NCBI GenBank assembly: GCA_042219045.1
Contig: JBDGQO010000103.1
Span: 1-12,465, forward strand
Length of the DNA stretch: 12,465 nucleotides
Reading direction: 5' to 3'
From: Candidatus Bipolaricaulia bacterium
GTDB lineage: Bacteria; Bipolaricaulota; Bipolaricaulia; RBG-16-55-9
Shown here piece by piece: positions 6,234-12,465 of this stretch; the first letter of the stretch is position 1, and each line of letters opens with the position of its first letter. The notes beneath the pieces are model-generated. The model was not told where the DNA came from. It ran no database searches and worked only from the letters and a program-made list of their open reading frames with translations. The position numbers and the translations under genes are program-made.

Positions 6234-7760
6234 ATGACTGACATTCAAAATATGATTGAACGGGGTTCGTGGACTGCATGGTTGCTCGGCCTGATCGTCT
6301 TCGTCGCGGTTGTATCGACCGTTCCAGGGCTGGCCCAAGAGGGAGCAACCGTTGCCCTGGAAAGCGGCAAGATAGCGCTGAACGAGACGGCCGAGTTGAG
6401 CGTGACGATCGTTCCACCTCGAGGCCTGCAACGCTTCGATCTAACGATCAAGGTTGCCGACAGCAGCGTTGCCGAGATTGCAGGAATCACGGCGAAAGGG
6501 ATCAACCAAAACTTCCTTCGGATCGTGAGCCAGTCCCCCACGTCCATTCGCGTTCAAGGGGTCGACCTGGACAACCAGATCACCTCAAACGATAAGCCGA
6601 TTGAGGTGCTGACCGTCTCCCTTAAGGGAAAGGGCGTCGGAACGACGGACGTCACGCTGGCCAGCGTCGAAGTTTTCGACGAGGAAGGCTCGCCCTACTC
6701 GGTGACGACGAACGGCGCGACGCTTGAGGTCACGAAACCGAGCGAGGAGCAACCGGAGAAGCCTGAAGAACCCGAGGAGTCACCGGAGACGTCCCCGCAG
6801 CCGCTTCCGGGGACTGAAAATGTGCCTCAGGATCTCGATGGAGATGGCCTGCTCGAGGACACGAACGGTGACGGCGCGTTCACCCCGGCCGACGTGGCGC
6901 TCTTCGCGCTGCAGTGGGACAGCGACCCCGTGCAGAACCGCCCCTCCGCGTTCGACTTCAACGGGGACGGGCAAGTGAACAGCGACGATCCGTTTGCGCT
7001 GGCCGATTTGCTTGAGGCCGCCCAAGCCGAGGAGCCCGAGCAGCCTGAGAACCCCGAGAAACCGCAGCCCACACCGGGTACCGGCGTGACGGCGCTTGAA
7101 CTGACGGGTGGCCCGTTCCTCGTCGACAAGACGACGACCGTGACGCTGCGCCTAATTGGAGCCCCGACGGGCCTGCAGAGCTATCGCGTTCGGATGCGGA
7201 CTTCGGGCGCGGCCGTGGAGATCTTGTCAGCAAGGGGCGCCGAGACCTCGTCAGGGCTCACGCAGGTGACGCGGCCGTCGAAGGGCGTCTTGGAGATCCA
7301 GGCCGTGGACGTTGACGATCAGGTGACGAACGGAGCGCAAAACGTGGCACTGGCAAAACTCGACGTGCGCCCGCGCCAGCCGGGCGATGCCGAGATCTCG
7401 CTGGATGTCGTGACGTTCATCGACGACAAGAGCCAGTCGCTCGATCCCTTTGTGCGGCCCTTGTCCATGTCGATCACGCCCGTGGTCTCGCCCGTGGGGG
7501 ATTCCGATCGACCGCCGCGCGACCTGAACGGCGACGGCCTGTTTGAGGACGTCAACGGCGACGGCTCGCTCACCGAGGCTGACGCCATCCTCTTGGCGCT
7601 CAATCTGAACAGCTCTGTTATCCAGGAGAACGTCTCGCGTTTCGACTTCAATGGCGATGGCACAGTCAGCTTTGCCGACGTTCAGGAACTGCGCCGTCAG
7701 CTCCAGAGTCGGGGCCAGGCCAGCTCCGACCCCGATACGGGAGGCCGCCCCCGGACCTGA
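6234..7760 (+). CDS. Secreted protein with tandem (cohesin-like + dockerin-like EF-hand) x2 modules and Pro/Glu-rich linkers
   Basis: Signal peptide (WLLGLIVFVAVVSTVPGLA|QE). Two beta-sandwich modules with GLQ(R/S)(F/Y) and (G/A)VD(L/V)D(N/D)Q motifs, each followed by P.DL.GDGL.ED.NGDG...D...FDFNGDG.V...D Ca-binding loops. Start is ATG 6234 or 6252 rather than 6168. Confidence 0.75.
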   Translation: MTDIQNMIERGSWTAWLLGLIVFVAVVSTVPGLAQEGATVALESGKIALNETAELSVTIVPPRGLQRFDLTIKVADSSVAEIAGITAKGINQNFLRIVSQSPTSIRVQGVDLDNQITSNDKPIEVLTVSLKGKGVGTTDVTLASVEVFDEEGSPYSVTTNGATLEVTKPSEEQPEKPEEPEESPETSPQPLPGTENVPQDLDGDGLLEDTNGDGAFTPADVALFALQWDSDPVQNRPSAFDFNGDGQVNSDDPFALADLLEAAQAEEPEQPENPEKPQPTPGTGVTALELTGGPFLVDKTTTVTLRLIGAPTGLQSYRVRMRTSGAAVEILSARGAETSSGLTQVTRPSKGVLEIQAVDVDDQVTNGAQNVALAKLDVRPRQPGDAEISLDVVTFIDDKSQSLDPFVRPLSMSITPVVSPVGDSDRPPRDLNGDGLFEDVNGDGSLTEADAILLALNLNSSVIQENVSRFDFNGDGTVSFADVQELRRQLQSRGQASSDPDTGGRPRT

Positions 7761-7871
7761 TGGACGCTGCCTCCAGGTCGGCATTTGTCCACGCTTGAGC
7801 CAACCCATGTCCAGTGCCTGCAGGGCGGGTTCGATTCATGCCGGAACCGAAGCGATCTATCATAATTCCCA

Positions 7872-10753
7872 ATGGGTCGTTGCGGCACGTCGCTGCTTGT
7901 TGTCCTCTTCGTCTGCCTTGCCTCCGCGGTCGGCGCTACTGCCCAAGTCGACGTGTCGGCCGTGTCCGAGGGGCAGACGGCCTCGCCTGGCGATTTCGTC
8001 ACGGCCGTTTTTGAGATAACAAACCTCAGCAATTCGACCGAGACGTTCGACTTGGACCTCGAGCTGCCCTCGGGGTTGACGCCGTTGGCACCGCCTAGGT
8101 CCGTGACGCTCGATCCGGATGCGTCCGAACGGATCTTCATCTCCATCAACGTCAACCGCCAAGCCCAGGCGGGGCAACGCGAGGTCACGCTCGCCGCGGT
8201 CGCGCGATCTGACGCGTCCATTCGCGACACGGCTGCGGTCGCGATCGACGTCGAAGCCCGCCCCGCGTTGGCGGTCCGGCCACCGGCTTCCCGACAAGTC
8301 CTGCCCGGCGAGGCCGTCACGTTCTCCTTCGAGGTCGTCAACCGCGGCAACGTCATCGATCGAGCCGTCCTCGAGGCCCGCTCCTTCCGCGGCTTCTCCG
8401 TGGACGTCACCCCGTCGTCGGCAGAACTCATGCCGGGCGAGGCCATCACGGCCGAGGTCCGCGTCGACGTGCCCGACGAGGCAGATGCCGGCCGAGATCG
8501 GGTGACGTTGACGGCCCGATCCGCGACGTTCGAGGCGGAGACCTCCGCGACCGTCGATCTGACCGTCCTGCCGCCCTCACCGAGCGAGGTCAGCCAAGAT
8601 CTGTCATGAAGCGTGCCGAGCGAGCTGCGCCTCCGCGAGTCAACGACCGACGACGATCCCTTCGATGTGACGATTTCGGCCCTGGGCGATACCGACTTCG
8701 GCGAGGCCAGCACGTTCAGCTATCGGGTAACCATCGATGAGCTGATTGCGTTGGACACGCTACGTGCCCAACTCAAACGGCCCACGTACGGCGTTACGCT
8801 GGGCGACCTCACGGCGAGGTTGAGCGAGCTGATCGACGTCGAGGGCCGTGGCGCGCGGGTGAGCGTCGGGACCGGCCCCGACTCAGCGACCGGCGCGACG
8901 GTCGTCACGGCCCGCGACTTGGACACGGACGAGGTCAACTTCGGCGTCCAGGCAGCGCTGCAGGGCGGCTCATGGGTCGCGTCGCTCGCCGGGCGGCGCC
9001 AGGCGAGCCCCGAGGAGTCGGTCACCGGGATATCGCTCTTGCGGCTTCCCCTTGATGCCCCCGCGCTGCGCGTCGCCGGCGCGCTCAGCCGGAATCCCGC
9101 CAGCGTCGACAGCGCGTTCCTAGTGCGTGCCAACACGGAACGACTCCCCTTCACTTTCGATGGCGAGATACTGCGGGCAGGCCCGAACTTCCTGGGCACG
9201 GTCTCCGACGAGGCGCGCGTCGAGCTCCGACCGGGCGTGGCGTTCGACGACTCGACCGCCAACGCCGTGTTCGAATGGCAACGCGACGGGCTGGCGTCGT
9301 CGGCGACGCAGACCTCGTCCGTGGAAACGCGGATCGGCGCCAACGCCCGGCTCGAACTTGAGCCCTTGCCCGTCATCACCGCCCAGGTCGACTACGAGAT
9401 CGAGACCTCGGTCGCGCAAGTGAGGCTCACGGACGCGTCCGTGTTTAAGGCCGAGGCGCGAGCGTCCCAGACCTTCGGGCCCCTGACGATCGCCGCCCAC
9501 GCGCTTCGGAAGGTGACCCATGATCGCACAACCAACAACCGAATCGCGAGATCGCAGTGGCGCACGGAGGCGGAGCTGCGCCTGAGGTCAGCGCTGTTGG
9601 CCGGCCGGCTCGGCATGACCACCGACGTCGATCTCGACACGGGGACGATCAAGGATCGCTTCCTGTCGGCTTCCTTGAGGGCCAATTGGGACTTTGAGGC
9701 CTCAATGTCGGCTTCGGCATCGAACGCAACCAGGGCGAGTCCCGCTTCACAGCCCAGGTCAACGGGACCTTTGAGCGCTTGCGGCTTGCCACCGACGGCA
9801 CGGTCGTGCTCGATGACGACGCCCCCAATCGCATCCGCCTCAACGTCAGGGCCGGACTGGACTTCACGTTGTCGGTGCCGTTCATCGACGTCGACGGCCA
9901 GGTCGAGGGCCGCGCCTTTGTCGACGCCAACGGCAACGGCACGCGCGAGCCCGACGAGAAGGGCGTGCCGGATTTGCGCTTGACCCTCGACGGCACGCAA
10001 GCCCGCACGAACGACGACGGTCTGTATCGCTTCCCGCCCGTTGAGCCGGGGACCTACGAGCTGTCGATCGACGCGCGTCCGGCCACGCTGCAACCCTCGT
10101 CGTCAATGCCGAAGCGTGTGTCGTTGGAGGCCGGCGAACGCAGGCGCGTCAACATTCCGCTGGTTCCCGTCGCCAGCATCCGCGCCACGGTGTTCAACGA
10201 CGCCGACGAGGACGGCACCCAGGATCCTGACGAGACGGGCTTTGGCGGCGTTCGGATTCGGGCCGTGGGGCCGGACGACGCGACGCGCGCCAAGCGCACG
10301 CCCTCAAGCGGCACGGTGACGTTCGGCGGCTTGACGCCCGGTACCTGGCGCGTTGTCGTCGCAACGGGAACGCTGCCGGAGAACGTCGAGCTGACCACGG
10401 GCGGCGAGACGACGGTCGACGTCGGCCCGGGCGAGCAGGCGGAGGTCGCCTTCGGCGCCGTGGAGCGGGCCCCCGAGGTTCGCTTCTCGCCCACGGCCGA
10501 CTTCACGGTTCGCCCGTCTGAGCCCCGAGTTGGCGAGGCCGTCGAGTTCGACGGGAGCGCCTCGTTCGACCCCGACGGCACGGTCGAGACGTTCGAGTGG
10601 GACCTGGACGGCGACGGGGCGGTGGATGCCACGGGCGAGCGGGTTGAGACCGTCTACGAGCGCGCGGACACGTTCGAGGTGACGCTGACGGTCACGGACG
10701 ACGACGGCCTGACCGGCTCGCTCACCCGGACGATCGAGGTGGCGTCGCGCTAG
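7872..10753 (+). pseudogene. Single interrupted gene (~960 aa): signal peptide, two COG1470/NEW3-like Ig domains, predicted beta-barrel-like region, two SdrD-B-like domains, C-terminal PKD domain
   Basis: ORFs 7872-8609 and 8613-9983 share a frame, separated only by TGA 8607-8609. The frame of ORF 9779-10753 stays open back to 9698 (GLNVGFGIERNQGESRFTAQVNGTFER), consistent with one missing G at ~9698. Domain motifs: VEGRAFVDANGNGTREPDEKG, VFNDADEDGTQDPDE, PTADFTV...FDGSASFDPDG...WDLDGDG...VTLTVTDDDG. Confidence 0.7.
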
Positions 10754-10795
10754 CGCGGCTTGCTCGATGCGGGCCCATCTGCTACCAACGACCGT

Positions 10796-11071
10796 ATGAG
10801 CGACCACGCGCCCGAAGAGCCCATCCCGAATTCGGACGAAGCTGCCCCCGAGGACGCCCAGCCGGACGTGGAAGCGACCCTCGCCCGCCTTGAAGAGATC
10901 GTCGCGGCGCTGGAGGGCGAGGACGTGTCGTTGGAGCGATCGCTGGCGCTGTTCGAAGAGGGCGTCCAACTGGCGGACGGGCTGAAGCAACGCCTCGAAC
11001 AGAGCGAGCTGCGCGTCAAACAGGTCATCGAGGACGCCGAGGGATTCCGCCTGGAGGACTTCGACCTCTAA
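10796..11071 (+). CDS. xseB: Exodeoxyribonuclease VII small subunit
   Basis: VEATLARLEEIVAALEGEDVSLERSLALFEEGVQLADGLKQRLEQSELRVKQV matches the XseB consensus; acidic N-terminal extension; ATG at 10796. Confidence 0.92.
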   Translation: MSDHAPEEPIPNSDEAAPEDAQPDVEATLARLEEIVAALEGEDVSLERSLALFEEGVQLADGLKQRLEQSELRVKQVIEDAEGFRLEDFDL

Positions 11072-12465
11072 GGCGCGCCCTCCTCGAACGACGCCGGGAA
11101 GAGACAGTTCTCGTCCGTCTGTCCGCTGAGGGCGTCCTGGACGAGCTTCCCGACGGCCTTGCCCAGCATCTGCCCGACCGGGTTTTCTCCGCTCGCGCCC
11201 ATCTCGGCCAGTCGATCGTCGATCTGATCGATCGCGGGATCCGCCGCCGTCCGGCCGGCCATGGCAAGGCCCCGTTTGGCCAGCGCCAATAGCGCCTCGT
11301 CGCCCTCGAACGTCGGATTGGCCAGCGTGCCGCCCATGGTCAAATCGAGGGCGACGGGACACTGGGTCGCATAAGCGCTGATCCCCTCGATCAGTCTGTT
11401 GGAAGCCGACGGGGACAGCCCCAGCAGCGACACGTCCTCATCGGGCGAGTTGAGCGCCAACCCCTCGACGACGAGCTCCGTCTCGCCCGACATCTCCCGC
11501 CCCGCCAACGTCAGCTCGCTCTCCAGCGTGGCCGTTCCGGTTTGGGGCACCGCCGGAAGCGTCTGCGCGTAGAGCGCTTGGAGATCGGCGAGGCGGATCT
11601 TGCGCGCCTCCAGCGTCAGCTCGGTCCGGGGCGGATCGAGGTGAGCGCGCGAGGTCAGCGTCGCTTCGAGGTGAGCATCCGGCTGATTGGCGATGTGGGC
11701 GCGCAAGCTCAAGCGAATCGGCTTTCGATTGCTCGCCAACGGCCACGCCAAGTTCTCCGCCGTGACGTCGATCATCGAAATCCGCGGCAGGCTGGCCCCA
11801 TTGTTGGCCGTCTCGAGCGACAGCTGCAGCCGGCCGATCTCGAGGCGCTCGATGGCCGTCGTCGGCGCGTACGGCTCCAGGCGGCGCCGCTGGGTGCCGA
11901 ACTGCCGAGGTTCGCCATCGGAGGGGCGCGTCGGCAACAGATAGCTCCGCACGTAGCGCCAGAGCTGCTGGATCCAATCCAATTGGTCGTGGTGTTGGAC
12001 GAGCCATGCCACGTAGGGACGGACGTCAACCTCGGGCGCCCGCACGCTCTGGATGTTGAGCGATCCGTCCGGTTGGCGCTTGACGTGGAGTTGAACCTCG
12101 CCGATGCGGATCTCATTGAGCACCGTCCGCCGGCTCAGCAGCGGCAGCATGCCCAAGTCACCGGTCAACTCGGCCACCTCCACCATGCTGGTGTCCGGCT
12201 TGGACGGATCCTGGACGCGCAGGCCTTGGAGACTCAGCCGACCCGTCAGGGCGTTGAACGAGGCGGACCGCACGTCCACGTCCGTCCTCGCCACGGCCGA
12301 GGTGCCACGGACGACCACGTCGTCGATGAACCAGGGCGCCGCAACCGCGCCGATCCCGTAAACCAAGAGCGCCAACAGGGGCAGCGCGACCCACGACCCG
12401 GGTCGAACGACGCGCGCCCAGCCGCGCTTCGGCGGCGCGTCTCGGAACCTCAGGCCGCCGCCCAT
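11068..12465 (-). CDS. AsmA/DUF748-like membrane-anchored periplasmic protein (possibly 5'-partial)
   Basis: N-terminal TM (VALPLLALLVYGIGAVAAPWF) followed by DVDVRSASFNALTGRLSLQGLRV...DLGMLPLLSRRTVLNEIRIGEVQLHVKRQPDGSLNI, typical of AsmA-like N-termini; C-terminal LTMGGTLANPTF. The ATG sits exactly at the window edge, so the true start is uncertain. Its stop overlaps the xseB stop by 4 nt. Confidence 0.65.
   Translation of the reverse strand: MGGGLRFRDAPPKRGWARVVRPGSWVALPLLALLVYGIGAVAAPWFIDDVVVRGTSAVARTDVDVRSASFNALTGRLSLQGLRVQDPSKPDTSMVEVAELTGDLGMLPLLSRRTVLNEIRIGEVQLHVKRQPDGSLNIQSVRAPEVDVRPYVAWLVQHHDQLDWIQQLWRYVRSYLLPTRPSDGEPRQFGTQRRRLEPYAPTTAIERLEIGRLQLSLETANNGASLPRISMIDVTAENLAWPLASNRKPIRLSLRAHIANQPDAHLEATLTSRAHLDPPRTELTLEARKIRLADLQALYAQTLPAVPQTGTATLESELTLAGREMSGETELVVEGLALNSPDEDVSLLGLSPSASNRLIEGISAYATQCPVALDLTMGGTLANPTFEGDEALLALAKRGLAMAGRTAADPAIDQIDDRLAEMGASGENPVGQMLGKAVGKLVQDALSGQTDENCLFPASFEEGAP

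Noticed and set aside
7825..7841. tRNA T-arm-like GCGGGTTCGATTCATGC
   Set aside because: The stem has a mismatch, and no acceptor, D or anticodon arms or CCA end could be built.
8607..8660. Selenocysteine recoding of the in-frame TGA
   Set aside because: No evident bacterial SECIS hairpin downstream and no redox or catalytic context; the site is an interdomain linker.
9699..9983. C-terminal tail of ORF 8613-9983 as real protein
   Set aside because: It is out-of-frame read-through after the frameshift; the alternative frame continues the beta-strand pattern.
1..12465. CRISPR array, IS/transposase, integrase, rRNA
   Set aside because: No regularly spaced repeats, terminal inverted repeats, recombinase motifs or rRNA-like sequence were seen.

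Overview
High-GC bacterial DNA whose proteins are markedly acidic (a halophilic host is possible, by inference). It has two parts. Left part (1-4160, minus strand): a PglX/Eco57I-like (BREX/type IIG-like) adenine methyltransferase encoded as two genes. The catalytic half (2650-4160) lacks its 5' end and has a mutated SAM-binding motif. The C-terminal/target-recognition half (1295 to beyond the left edge) is missing from the ORF track. Between them sits a Fic-family gene with its own promoter, flanked by a 7-bp direct repeat. At about 4155-4160 the truncated methyltransferase is joined back-to-back to a 5'-truncated hypF, marking a deletion/rearrangement breakpoint or an assembly chimera. Right part: a membrane-anchored JAMM/MPN+ metalloprotease-like gene; a secreted tandem (cohesin-dockerin)x2 protein of archaeal type; a large (~960 aa) Ig + beta-barrel-like + SdrD-B + PKD surface gene broken by an in-frame TGA and a 1-nt frameshift; xseB; and a convergent AsmA/DUF748-like membrane protein. 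All calls come from manual translation and motif recognition; no database searches were run.
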